Below, piece after piece: positions 28,052-37,403 of a stretch of DNA of 64,000 bases (positions within the stretch are counted from its first letter, which is position 1; every line of letters starts with the position of its first letter). Below the pieces are notes generated by a model. It made no database searches, was not told where the DNA came from, and saw only the letters and a program-made list of their open reading frames with translations. A program made the position numbers and the translations under genes. This DNA comes from Candidatus Levyibacteriota bacterium (lineage in GTDB: Bacteria > Patescibacteriota > Microgenomatia > Levybacterales > UBA12049). The stretch covers positions 529,199 through 593,198 of the forward strand of contig JACOXT010000003.1 in NCBI GenBank assembly GCA_016182235.1, written 5' to 3'.

Positions 28052-28519
28052 TTATAACACGAAAGGAGGATAAGTCTTTATAAGTTCTCCTGACTCTATC
28101 AAGACAAGCATTCTGTCAATCTTTTCATAATCCTCAGGATTAAGTTCTAAAAGACTTACTCCTTGTTTAGGATCATCTTCTTGTTTTAGGGCAACTCCAT
28201 CTCTATTGAAAAAATATGTTACAACACTAACAGAATTTTCATCTTTAACTTGAAGAGCTGAGCTACGGGTTTTCTGAAGCTGGTTTGGGACTCTCATTGT
28301 CATATCTGGAGAACGAAATTTACTTGGTGCGATATTGTGCACAGAAAGTTTAATTGAATTATCTGGATTTGTATAGCTCTTAATGGAACTATAAAAATCA
28401 TCACCAATGTTAAGTGGAGCCAAATTAGAAAGTCTAAAATTAATTGATTTATTTATTAATGTATTACTTAATGGCTCTTGTTCGTTTTCTGGATGTTGAC
28501 CTGTTTCAACCAAAGTCAT
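28052..28519 (-). CDS. hypothetical protein (155 aa)
   Basis: ORF on the same strand as its neighbours; no recognisable motif. Confidence 0.55.
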   Translation of the reverse strand: MTLVETGQHPENEQEPLSNTLINKSINFRLSNLAPLNIGDDFYSSIKSYTNPDNSIKLSVHNIAPSKFRSPDMTMRVPNQLQKTRSSALQVKDENSVSVVTYFFNRDGVALKQEDDPKQGVSLLELNPEDYEKIDRMLVLIESGELIKTYPPFVL

Positions 28520-28563
28520 ATGATCGCGATAATAACACCGTTGGACACGAAAGTCAAATAAAA

Positions 28564-29460
28564 TTACATTGACCTAAGAATCTTTATTCGCTCCTCAATC
28601 GGAGGATGAGTGTTAAAAAGACTTGCGAACCAATTACCAGATATTTTATCTTTGAATGGATTTGAGATATATAAATGCGCAGTTGCGTTGTTTGCGACCT
28701 CAAGTGGCTCTTTGTCCTTGCCAATTTTTTCAAGCGCACTAGCCAGTCCTTCCGGATAGCGAGTTATCAAAACTCCTGATGCATCTGCCAAAAACTCTCT
28801 TTTTCTAGAAACTGCAAGCCGAATTAGTGTTGCGATAAGAGGGGAGAGTATAGCTAGAATTATTCCAATAATCAAAAATATTCCCTGTGCGCTATTTCTT
28901 CCTCCCCTGTCTCTTCTCCCTCCATACCAAAGACTTCGCATAAAAAAATCAGCAAGAAGCGCAACCAGTCCTACCAAAATCACGACTATCGACATTAGTC
29001 TGATATCGTAATTACGAACATGTGATAGTTCGTGGGCAATTACGCCTTCCAGCTCTGTCTTGCTTAGTTTTTCCAATATCCCAGTAGTGACACATACAAC
29101 TGCGTGTTTTGGGTCCCGTCCTGTCGCGAAAGCATTGGGTGCCGAATCCTCTATAATATAAACTCTTGGCATAGGTAAACCTTCCGCAATACATAGATTT
29201 TCAACAGTTCTAAAAAGAAGAGGATTGTCATTTTTAGAAATTTGCTTTGCTTTGGACATTCCCAAAATCATTTTATCGGAGTAGTAGTAGCTTCCAAAGC
29301 TTATAATTCCTGAAATTACCAAAGCAATACCGGCGTAAGAAAGCCCATAGCCCGTTGCTTTTCCATATACAAAAATAATTGTGGTAATAAAAGCGACAAA
29401 AAGGACAACTATTAGCCAGGTTTTTGTTTTGTTGGAGGAAATTTGAGAATAGATAGTCAT
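28564..29460 (-). CDS. htpX: M48 family zinc protease HtpX
   Basis: HELSHVRNYD zinc motif, four TM segments, C-terminal HPPIEERI. Confidence 0.9.
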   Translation of the reverse strand: MTIYSQISSNKTKTWLIVVLFVAFITTIIFVYGKATGYGLSYAGIALVISGIISFGSYYYSDKMILGMSKAKQISKNDNPLLFRTVENLCIAEGLPMPRVYIIEDSAPNAFATGRDPKHAVVCVTTGILEKLSKTELEGVIAHELSHVRNYDIRLMSIVVILVGLVALLADFFMRSLWYGGRRDRGGRNSAQGIFLIIGIILAILSPLIATLIRLAVSRKREFLADASGVLITRYPEGLASALEKIGKDKEPLEVANNATAHLYISNPFKDKISGNWFASLFNTHPPIEERIKILRSM

Positions 29461-29505
29461 AGTTGAAGCGTAAAGTGAAAAACTAAAAGCGAAAAATAAG
29501 TATGC

Positions 29506-30060
29506 TTAAAATGCCACCTTAACGGCCTTCCTCTCCATCTCACCTGCTTCAAAGAATTCCTCTTCTCCAAACCCGAACATCCTTCCGATATTTCCGCTTG
29601 GAAAATTTGCAAGCGTGGTATTGTAACTTCTTACATTCGAATTATAGAATTGTCTTGCGTAAGCTATCTTAGCTTCGATATCGGATAACTCTTGCTGAAG
29701 CTCGAGAAAATTTTTACTCGCTTTAAGATCTGGATAGTTCTCAGAAACAGCAAAAAGACTTTTTAGTGCCTGAGACAGTATATTGTCGGATTCTGCCTTT
29801 TCATGAGCCGTTTGCGCGTGCATTAAAGATGCTCTTGCTTTTGTTACATTCTCAAGTAATTCTTTTTCGTGTTTTGCGTATCCTTTGACAGTTTCAACAA
29901 GATTCGGAACTAAATCAACTCTTCGTTTTAGCTGAACATCTATTCCGCTAAATGATTCTCTAATCCTAACCTTTCCTGTCGCAAGACTGTTATATATAGA
30001 CAAAAAATATAACGTGACAAGCACGATTGCCCCAATAATTACCCAAATTGTTATATCCAT
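29506..30060 (-). CDS. lemA: LemA family protein
   Basis: N-terminal TM followed by the YNSLATGKVRIRESFSGIDVQLKRR...YNTTLANFP pattern. Confidence 0.85.
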   Translation of the reverse strand: MDITIWVIIGAIVLVTLYFLSIYNSLATGKVRIRESFSGIDVQLKRRVDLVPNLVETVKGYAKHEKELLENVTKARASLMHAQTAHEKAESDNILSQALKSLFAVSENYPDLKASKNFLELQQELSDIEAKIAYARQFYNSNVRSYNTTLANFPSGNIGRMFGFGEEEFFEAGEMERKAVKVAF

Positions 30061-30071
30061 TATTTCTCACC

Positions 30072-30097
30072 CCCTCCGGGCTAGAAGCCCTCCGGGC
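30072..30097. repeat. GC-rich 10-nt direct repeat CCCTCCGGGC x2 (period 16) in the polX-lemA spacer
   Basis: Read directly at 30072..30081 and 30088..30097. On the coding (minus) strand it reads GCCCGGAGGG twice, and the proximal copy supplies the lemA SD (GGAGG). Confidence 0.9.
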
Positions 30098-30105
30098 CAA
30101 TGGCT

Positions 30106-31875
30106 TCAACTTTTAAGCCATTTTATAAAATCATTATATCCTAACGTGTTAAGAATGTCATCTTTTTTCGCCCAACCTCTCCGAGCCATTGCAACTCCAT
30201 ATTTCATAAGGCCCATTTGCCATAAAGCATGACTGTCTGTATCAATAATTAGTTTTACTCCCTTTTCAACTGCCGCCCTTATTAAACTGTCTGGTAAATC
30301 AAGTCTTGTCGGCCATGCGTTAATTTCTAGCACCTTATTGTTCTTTTTACAAAAATCGAAAATTTTCTCGAAATCCAGATCATAGCCCGTTCGGTCATTA
30401 AGTAATCTTCCAGTTGGATGAGCTAAGATTCTTGCTTTAGGATGAGAGAGTCCTTTGATGACACGTTCTGTCATGGTTTTCTTATTCATTGAAAATGCAC
30501 TATGAATTGAAACGATAACGCAGTCCGATAAATCCAGACACTTACCATCAATTGCCAATTTACCATTGGATAATATATCTACTTCGAGCATTTTAAGTAT
30601 TCGAATATCTTTATTCTCCGAATTTAATTGTTCAATAATGACGTTTCTCCTTGATATTAGGTCGTATATTTCCTTTTGATTGTGCTTTGAAACGCTCGGA
30701 TTGTGTTCGGAAAAACCAATATATTCGTATTTTAGCTCTCTAGCTTTTTTAACCATTTCTTCTATTGAATTTTTTCCCAAATCATGACTTGGTTCTATTG
30801 GAAAATTTGAGTGTACATGTAAATCTCCTTTTATATCAGAGAGTTCAATTATCTTCGGAAGTTTGTGAGCCATAGATAATTCTATTTCTCCTGTATCTTC
30901 CCGCATCTCAGGAGGAATCCAATCCAAACCCAGCGCGTTATAAAATTTCTCCTCTTTATCAAATTGCTTTATTTTTGATTTTTTGTCTTTTAAATCCTTG
31001 ATGCCGCGTTCAGAAAGCGACAGTTTCTTTTTTAGAGCATATTCCCTAAGATGAACATTATGATTCTTGCTGCCTGTAAAGTGCTGCAGAAGTGATCCAA
31101 AGCCCATTTTTGGCTGTACCATAAGGTCTACTTGTTTTCCTCCCGATGTTAGAATAGAGGCTGTGGAAGGGCCTTCTTCAATTATCCTTTCTTTGTATGG
31201 ATAGGAAATAAAGTGTTTAATTGCTTCTTTAGGGTTATCTGAGGCTACGGCAATATCAATATCGCCGACCGTTGGCTTCATCCGCCTCAAACTCCCTAAG
31301 GGTGTGGCTTCTGAGATGGATTTAGACTTGAGGAGATAGGAGACGAGTTTACCCGCAAGTTCTGCAGCAAATGGCAAAACCATTCTTTTTGCTTTACCCT
31401 TACCTTCTTTATACTCCATGAGAGCTCGCTGTATATCTTCTTGGGACTTTTCTCCAAAAGTAGGAAGCTTTGCGATTTTTCCAGCTTTGGCGACTGTCAA
31501 AAGATCTTCGATGGCTGTTTCTTCGCTATTAAGTGAAAATTCTACCGCAAGTTTATATGCTTTTTTCGGTCCTATGGTTGGAATATCGATGAGCGCAAAA
31601 ACTCCTTTAGGTATTCCTTTCAGCACCCAATCAAAGTGTTTGACATGTCCTTTTTTGAATAATTCTTCCAAACGCAACCTTATAGTTGGTCCAATACCGG
31701 GAACAGATTCCAGTTTTTTCTCTTTATATAAATCTTTTAATTCCGAGGTAAGACCTTCCACGGCTTCTGAGGCTTTTTGATAAGCAATCATCTGAAAATA
31801 ATATTTTTTTTCGTTTTTGATAGAATATGCCGCGGCAACATCTTTAAAAAGTTTGGATATTTGCTGATTGCTCAC
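30106..31875 (-). CDS. polX: family X DNA polymerase with C-terminal PHP domain
   Basis: HhH region, nucleotidyltransferase motif GSLRRMKPTVGDIDIAV, PHP motif GDLHVHSNF. GTG start. Confidence 0.85.
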   Translation of the reverse strand: MSNQQISKLFKDVAAAYSIKNEKKYYFQMIAYQKASEAVEGLTSELKDLYKEKKLESVPGIGPTIRLRLEELFKKGHVKHFDWVLKGIPKGVFALIDIPTIGPKKAYKLAVEFSLNSEETAIEDLLTVAKAGKIAKLPTFGEKSQEDIQRALMEYKEGKGKAKRMVLPFAAELAGKLVSYLLKSKSISEATPLGSLRRMKPTVGDIDIAVASDNPKEAIKHFISYPYKERIIEEGPSTASILTSGGKQVDLMVQPKMGFGSLLQHFTGSKNHNVHLREYALKKKLSLSERGIKDLKDKKSKIKQFDKEEKFYNALGLDWIPPEMREDTGEIELSMAHKLPKIIELSDIKGDLHVHSNFPIEPSHDLGKNSIEEMVKKARELKYEYIGFSEHNPSVSKHNQKEIYDLISRRNVIIEQLNSENKDIRILKMLEVDILSNGKLAIDGKCLDLSDCVIVSIHSAFSMNKKTMTERVIKGLSHPKARILAHPTGRLLNDRTGYDLDFEKIFDFCKKNNKVLEINAWPTRLDLPDSLIRAAVEKGVKLIIDTDSHALWQMGLMKYGVAMARRGWAKKDDILNTLGYNDFIKWLKS

Positions 31876-31895
31876 TCTAAAATACTATCAAAACA

Positions 31896-31924
31896 TTGAC
31901 TGCAATTCAATTATTTGTTAGTAT
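31896..31924 (+). promoter_or_regulatory. candidate promoter for tRNA-Asp
   Basis: TTGACT (31896..31901), a 17-nt spacer, then TAGTAT (31919..31924), 10 nt upstream of the tRNA 5' end. Confidence 0.4.
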
Positions 31925-31934
31925 ACCTTGGAGT

Positions 31935-32008
31935 GGGACCGTAGCTCAATTGGCTAGAGCGCTTCCCTGTCACGGAAGAGGTCACGGGTTCGAGTCCCGC
32001 CGGTCCCG
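31935..32008 (+). tRNA. tRNA-Asp (anticodon GUC)
   Basis: GGGACCG-TA-GCTC-AATTGGCTA-GAGC-G-CTTCC-CTGTCAC-GGAAG-AGGTC-ACGGG-TTCGAGT-CCCGC-CGGTCCC-G. One A-C mismatch at the base of the T stem. CCA is not encoded. Confidence 0.85.
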
Positions 32009-32033
32009 CAAAAAATTGAAAAAATATTTATCT

Positions 32034-32074
32034 TCTGCCTGATTCATCTGCCTTGTGAAATTTATCCTCTGCCT
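32034..32074 (+). repeat. three direct copies of TCTGCCT upstream of the LysM gene
   Basis: Copies at 32034..32040, 32047..32053 and 32068..32074, ending 6 nt before the AAAGGAG SD. Confidence 0.9.
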
Positions 32075-32091
32075 AGAAAGGAGAAATATAT

Positions 32092-32703
32092 ATGCCAACA
32101 AGAAAAGTTCAAAGTAAAAAAATTCAAAACCAAGGATTAGTTTCCAGACTGTTAAGTCAATTTAGACTTGGAGAGTCTTACACGAATCTTATACTTGGGG
32201 CCATAGTTGTTATCGCGATTGGAATTGCCGTTGTAATATTTGTTAAAGACAACAAACAGGAAACAAGTTCTACGACAACCGAACCAACTAACGAAAACCA
32301 GGAAGAAGCGATGGTATCTTCAACATATACTGTAAAAGTAGGAGATAGTCTATGGAGCATTTCGGAAAAAACATATAATACGGGATACAATTGGCCGGAG
32401 ATCGCAAAAGAAAATGATCTTGAAAATCCAGGATTAATTCATGCAGGAAATAAGTTAAAGCTTCCAAGTATTAAGGAAGACTTGGCGGTAAAATCAGATT
32501 CTGGGAATGTGATGTCTGAAAAATCAGTGAACGGTGCAATTACTGGGGATAAGTATACGATAAAAAAAGGCGATAATCTTTGGGATATTGCAGTAAGAGC
32601 ATACGGAGACGGATTTCGCTATGTTGAGATAGCAAAGGCAAATAATCTAGCTAATCCAAGTCTTATACATTCAGATAACGCATTAATTATTCCGAGAAAA
32701 TAA
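32092..32703 (+). CDS. membrane-anchored protein with two LysM peptidoglycan-binding domains
   Basis: One TM, then YTVKVGDSLWSISEKTY...LIHAGNKLKLP and YTIKKGDNLWDIAVRAY...LIHSDNALIIP. Strong SD AAAGGAG. Confidence 0.85.
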   Translation: MPTRKVQSKKIQNQGLVSRLLSQFRLGESYTNLILGAIVVIAIGIAVVIFVKDNKQETSSTTTEPTNENQEEAMVSSTYTVKVGDSLWSISEKTYNTGYNWPEIAKENDLENPGLIHAGNKLKLPSIKEDLAVKSDSGNVMSEKSVNGAITGDKYTIKKGDNLWDIAVRAYGDGFRYVEIAKANNLANPSLIHSDNALIIPRK

Positions 32704-32752
32704 AATATCTGAGATTTTTTGTGATAGAATAATCCCGAGAGAGTGATATCTC

Positions 32753-32826
32753 GCGGGATTAGTACACTGGCAGTATGCTACCTTCCCAAGGTAGAGAAGC
32801 GAGTTCGATTCTCGTATCCCGCTCCA
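32753..32826 (+). tRNA. tRNA-Gly (anticodon CCC), CCA encoded
   Basis: GCGGGAT-TA-GTAC-ACTGGCA-GTAT-G-CTACC-TTCCCAA-GGTAG-AGAA-GCGAG-TTCGATT-CTCGT-ATCCCGC-T-CCA. Confidence 0.85.
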
Positions 32827-32831
32827 GAATA

Positions 32832-33737
32832 TTAGCTGGCTATAAATGGCATGGGATGGTTGGTTTTCTTGGGAAGGATTTTTTCTACGAGTTCTGTATA
32901 TTTTTTGGGGTTTGATACATTCAACAAATAAATCTTCTCCTTAAGCGCAGGATCGTATAGCTCTATTGTTCCGTAATTAAAAAGCTTGCCAAAAAAAGAT
33001 TGCTCAAATGAAATGGCTTCCACAAAATTACATTCATATTTTTCTTTTTTCTTGCTAAAAATAATTCCGCTATGTCTTACAACTCCCTCTTTCGAAACCT
33101 CTGTGTACTCAAAGTGCCATCTCGCAACAATAAAAAAAATAATTACAATATTAAATACAAGAAGCATGACAAGCGCAACCAAATACAAAGAGAATGCACC
33201 GGTAATCCCAATATAGCTGCCTAAAAGCGAGATCAATCCAACAATAAGTGCAAATGAGACCACAAAGATGATCTCGGAGACAATTATCCTTATGGCTATC
33301 AATGCTGTACTTTCTCTCAATGTAATTTTATTTAACTCGGGATTTATTGCTTTTGACGAAACCTCTAACTCTTTAGCCGCTTTAAGCCGCGTATCTATTC
33401 TCGCAATTAGTTCTTCAGGGGCAAATGGTTTAGTCATGTAGTCGTCCGCTCCTATTTGCAAACCACGCACAACATCGGAAGAAAGAGATTTCCCAGTTAA
33501 CGCAATCACAGCTATTTCCGGATGAGTCTCTTTAATCTTGACGCATACTGTTTCCCCTGAGACTTTTGGTATCACAAAATCAAGAACAACCAGGTCCGGA
33601 TGACCTTGCTCTACAATACTCAAGGCTTCAGCACCGTCCGATGCCTCAAGCACCTTAAAGTTGTTATCAACCAGGATTTTTCTTAAAGAGACTCTAATAT
33701 CATCATTGTCCTCGACGATAAGGATACATTTCTTCAT
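32832..33737 (-). CDS. response regulator: REC domain fused to two TM helices and a bacterial PH-like (YdbS/YdbT-type) C-terminal domain
   Basis: REC motifs EDND, LVVLDFVIP, IALTG, YMTKPF. The C-terminus has two long hydrophobic helices, then WHFEYTEVSKEGVVRHSGIIFSKK...GTIELYD. Start placed at ATG 33737 (MKKCILIVEDN). Confidence 0.7.
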   Translation of the reverse strand: MKKCILIVEDNDDIRVSLRKILVDNNFKVLEASDGAEALSIVEQGHPDLVVLDFVIPKVSGETVCVKIKETHPEIAVIALTGKSLSSDVVRGLQIGADDYMTKPFAPEELIARIDTRLKAAKELEVSSKAINPELNKITLRESTALIAIRIIVSEIIFVVSFALIVGLISLLGSYIGITGAFSLYLVALVMLLVFNIVIIFFIVARWHFEYTEVSKEGVVRHSGIIFSKKKEKYECNFVEAISFEQSFFGKLFNYGTIELYDPALKEKIYLLNVSNPKKYTELVEKILPKKTNHPMPFIAS

Positions 33738-33869
33738 AACATTCAAATTATATAACTTAAACAATATTAATTCATACTTTTAAGTTACATGTTGGCATAT
33801 TGAACTATTATTTTCAATATCCTATACTGGAGGAGTAAGCTCGAGTCGTGAATATAATTTTGATTCTGT

Positions 33870-35102
33870 ATGGAAAAAAATTTTTCAGAGCAGGACAAAT
33901 TGTATAGCCGTCTGTATAGCTATTCGAAAAAGTATATCCCATATAAATGGTTGGGTAAGCTCGGTTTAGACAACATAAATCAACAACAGATTACGCATTT
34001 ACTTACTTCTTACGGACTCCCGGTAGTTCTAAGTACTATAGCCCTCCTCACAACGTACATATTTAAGTTTTATCCCGATAAAATACCTTTTTATATGCTC
34101 TATTCTATCTTCGTTGCGTTAAGCAGTTGGTATGGGGGATTAGGAGGAGGTGTTTTAACAACGGGAATTATTGCATCAGGAGTTGTTTTTTTCTTATCCA
34201 GCAATATTCAATATGAATTAACTGGTTCTCTGTTAATCGGACTTTTGAGTTTTATTGTAAGCGCTGTTACGGTAAGTTTTCTGATTGGTACCGCCAGACG
34301 AACAAATGAGATAAAAAAATTTAAAGAGCAGGAGAAAGCCTATTCGCAAACCTTCACTCAATTATTTGGCGAGCATATCAAAGCCCGAAAAGAGATTAAG
34401 GCAAGGGATGAATTTCTTTCTATAGTATCCCACGAACTAAAAACACCTCTGACCTCAATGCTTTTGAAGCTTCATGGCATGCTCAATAGCGTTTACAATG
34501 TCTCTCTTGCGAATTTTTCCGTTCGGGAGCTAATGCAGGTATTGGAAAATGCTGAAAAGCAAATAAAGTGGCTGACGGCAATGATCAACGATCTTATTAA
34601 CGTATCTTTGATTACAACCGGACGAATGAATTTAAAGATAGAAGACGTTGACCTCGTTGGAACAACAAATCGAGTTTTACAAAACTTTTCAGAACTCTTA
34701 AAACGCGAGAAATACAAAATCAGAATTGAGGCTAAATCCCCAGTTGTTGGACGGTGGGACGAAGTTCGTATTGAACAGGCGATCACAAACCTTGTCTCAA
34801 ACGCGATTAAGTACGGTCGGGGTGAGCCTATTGATATTAAAATTTTAAAAACCGGAGATTCTGCTAGATTTATTATTCAGGATCGGGGAATCGGCATTCA
34901 TCCCAATGAACAAAAGGTTATTTTTGATCTTTTTAAACGCGCGGAAGAACAAAATGGCAACCACAAGGGACTTGGGGTAGGTCTGTACATCACCTCTCAG
35001 ATTGTAAAAGTCCATGGGGGCAGTATAAGAGTATCAAGCGCGCCAATGAAAGGATCCTTATTTACCATAGATTTACCGCTTAATCAGAGCGTGAAAGAGT
35101 AA
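33870..35102 (+). CDS. sensor histidine kinase (membrane N-terminus, HisKA, HATPase_c)
   Basis: H box SIVSHELKTPL, N box LVSNAIKYG, G1 DRGIGI, G2 GLGVGL. Confidence 0.85.
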   Translation: MEKNFSEQDKLYSRLYSYSKKYIPYKWLGKLGLDNINQQQITHLLTSYGLPVVLSTIALLTTYIFKFYPDKIPFYMLYSIFVALSSWYGGLGGGVLTTGIIASGVVFFLSSNIQYELTGSLLIGLLSFIVSAVTVSFLIGTARRTNEIKKFKEQEKAYSQTFTQLFGEHIKARKEIKARDEFLSIVSHELKTPLTSMLLKLHGMLNSVYNVSLANFSVRELMQVLENAEKQIKWLTAMINDLINVSLITTGRMNLKIEDVDLVGTTNRVLQNFSELLKREKYKIRIEAKSPVVGRWDEVRIEQAITNLVSNAIKYGRGEPIDIKILKTGDSARFIIQDRGIGIHPNEQKVIFDLFKRAEEQNGNHKGLGVGLYITSQIVKVHGGSIRVSSAPMKGSLFTIDLPLNQSVKE

Positions 35103-35374
35103 AAGTATTTTTTCTCTACTCTTCCATTTCTAATCTTAATTCCATCTTTTTCCAAAAGTTTTTTCTTCGATTTTAATCCTCCATCACCGCTATAGCCGCA
35201 AAGTCTGCCATCGGACGCTACTACTTTATAACAAGGATAGTTATAGGGATCAGGATTGCCTGCCATAATTCTCCCAATCGCTCTTGGAGAAGTATGACAA
35301 ACTCTCGCCAGTTCTTTATAAGTCACAACTTTCCCCTTCGGAATTTTCTTAAGCATTAAAACCGCTTTGTGCAT
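35084..35374 (-). CDS. MGMT/Ogt-family DNA-binding domain protein
   Basis: IPKGKVVTYKELA...SPRAIGRIMAGNP...PCYKVV (PCHRV-like with the Cys retained). Its 3' end overlaps the kinase gene by 19 nt. Confidence 0.7.
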   Translation of the reverse strand: MHKAVLMLKKIPKGKVVTYKELARVCHTSPRAIGRIMAGNPDPYNYPCYKVVASDGRLCGYSGDGGLKSKKKLLEKDGIKIRNGRVEKKYFYSFTL

Positions 35375-35455
35375 AAGATTATTCTATCAGACTTCACAAT
35401 ACGAAGTGTCCATTTTCTCAGTTGACGTTGACAACCTATTTTGATAATATAAATC

Positions 35456-37105
35456 GTGCACACTAAATATATTTTTGTTTCGGGGGGAGTAATATCCGGA
35501 ATCGGCAAAGGTACTTCCGCAGCCTCTATTGCTCTTCTTCTTAAGTCCTCAGGTCTTCGAGTCGCTCCAATCAAATTCGAAGGATATTTAAATATTGACG
35601 CCGGAACAATTAATCCTATAGAGCATGGAGACCCGTTCCTTTGCGAAGACGGCACGGAAGGAGATATGGATCTTGGCTCCTACGAAAAGTTCTTGGATGA
35701 AGACATGGGAAAAGACAATTTTGTCACGATGGGACAAGTTTATCAACATATAATAGAAAAAGAGCGAAGATTTGAATATAACGGAGAAGACGTAGAAGCG
35801 GTTCATATAAGTAACGAGATCATAGGAAGAATTAAAAACGTCGCGAAGAAAAAACAGGCTGATGTAGTTGTTATAGAATTGGGAGGAACGGCAGGGGAGT
35901 ACTGGAATGTATTTTTCTACGAGGCTTCAAGAATTCTTTCTCTAAAAAATCCCGGAGATGTAATTCATGTGCACGTAAGCTACCTTCCTACCCCTCACCA
36001 TCTGGGAGAACCAAAAACAAAGCCGACTCAACTTTCTGTCAGAACATTAAATTCTTTGGGAATTCAGCCTGATTTTATTATAGCGAGATCGGAAAAGTAT
36101 TTCGACCAAAGAAGAAGAGAGAGATTCGCGCTTTTCTGCAATATGCGCTCCGATGATATTATATCCGCTCCGGATGTCTCTATTATCTATGAGATTCCTC
36201 TTTTACTTCACGAGCAGGAACTGGACAAAAAAATACTCAAAAAACTCGATCTGAAAATCTCAAGTCCCAAACTAGATGATTGGAAAAAGTTTCTTGAAAA
36301 AGTAAAAAATAAAAAACAAAAAAACGTAGAAATTGCAATAGTTGGAAAATATTTTGGGACAGGCGATTACCAGATTAGAGATTCTTATGCCGCGCTTTTT
36401 GACGCTATAGATCACGCGGCCTGGCAGCTAAATGCTAATATAAAAACTCGCTGGATAAGCGCTCAAAATCTCGAGACAAAAGATCCGAAAATGGTAATTG
36501 GAAATCCAGATGGAATTATTGTACCAATTGGTTGGGGAGAAAGGGGCGCTGAAGGAATGATCAAAGCCGCCTCTTTTGCCCGGGAAAATAAAATCCCATA
36601 TCTTGGTCTTTGTTACGGAATGCAGCTTGCGACAATCGCTTACGCTCGGGATATTTTGGGATGGAAGGATGCGAATACAACAGAGAATGATCCGAAAACC
36701 AAACACCCGATTATTACCCTTATGCCAAAACAGAAAAAATTTATGAAAAAGAGAGCCTATGGAGGAACAATGAGACTAGGAACATGGAATGCTATTGTTA
36801 AGAACAACACGGTTGCCTATAAGCTATACGATAAATACAACGGATTCCTTGATAAGAATAAAAATCTTACAAGCGAGAGACATAGACATAGATACGAATT
36901 CAATAATAAATATACAAAAGAGTTTGAAGATAAAGGATTTGTATTTAGCGCAAGATCGGTTGAGGAAAATTTAGTTGAAATTATTGAACTTCCAAAATCT
37001 CTCCACCCATTTTATCTCGGGACTCAGGGCCATCCCGAATACAAAAGCAGGCCTCTGAAACCACATCCGATATTCTTAGGCTTTATCCAAGCCTGTATGT
37101 TATAA
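35456..37105 (+). CDS. pyrG: CTP synthase
   Basis: KYIFVSGGVISGIGKG, GATase LGLCYGMQL, GTQGHPE. GTG start with no SD. Confidence 0.95.
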   Translation: MHTKYIFVSGGVISGIGKGTSAASIALLLKSSGLRVAPIKFEGYLNIDAGTINPIEHGDPFLCEDGTEGDMDLGSYEKFLDEDMGKDNFVTMGQVYQHIIEKERRFEYNGEDVEAVHISNEIIGRIKNVAKKKQADVVVIELGGTAGEYWNVFFYEASRILSLKNPGDVIHVHVSYLPTPHHLGEPKTKPTQLSVRTLNSLGIQPDFIIARSEKYFDQRRRERFALFCNMRSDDIISAPDVSIIYEIPLLLHEQELDKKILKKLDLKISSPKLDDWKKFLEKVKNKKQKNVEIAIVGKYFGTGDYQIRDSYAALFDAIDHAAWQLNANIKTRWISAQNLETKDPKMVIGNPDGIIVPIGWGERGAEGMIKAASFARENKIPYLGLCYGMQLATIAYARDILGWKDANTTENDPKTKHPIITLMPKQKKFMKKRAYGGTMRLGTWNAIVKNNTVAYKLYDKYNGFLDKNKNLTSERHRHRYEFNNKYTKEFEDKGFVFSARSVEENLVEIIELPKSLHPFYLGTQGHPEYKSRPLKPHPIFLGFIQACML

Positions 37106-37112
37106 TACCAAT

Positions 37113-37403
37113 ATGATAGTTAAAATTAACTTCGTTCCCGGAGATACTATTCGAGTCTCTGAAAGAGTGAAAGAGGGAAATAAACACAGGATTCAAGTTT
37201 TCGAAGGCGTTGTTTTAGGCCTTAGGGGCAGGGGAGAAAACAAGAGCTTTAGCGTTATGAAAAGAGTCGGAGATGTTGGAGTTGAAAAAATTTATCCACT
37301 TATGTCTCCTAATGTTGAAAAGGTTGTGGTCAAAGAACATTCGAAAACAAAAGTGAGAAGAGCAAAACTCTTTTACAAACGTTTGCCCCGCAAGAATCCT
37401 TAA
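37113..37403 (+). CDS. rplS: 50S ribosomal protein L19
   Basis: FVPGDTIRVSERVKEGNKHRIQVFEGVVLGLRGRG pattern; 96 aa. Confidence 0.9.
   Translation: MIVKINFVPGDTIRVSERVKEGNKHRIQVFEGVVLGLRGRGENKSFSVMKRVGDVGVEKIYPLMSPNVEKVVVKEHSKTKVRRAKLFYKRLPRKNP

Noticed and set aside
35356-35655. 99-aa minus-strand ORF overlapping the pyrG start
   Set aside because: It overlaps the strongly supported CTP synthase N-terminus and the MGMT gene end, and has no supporting motif.
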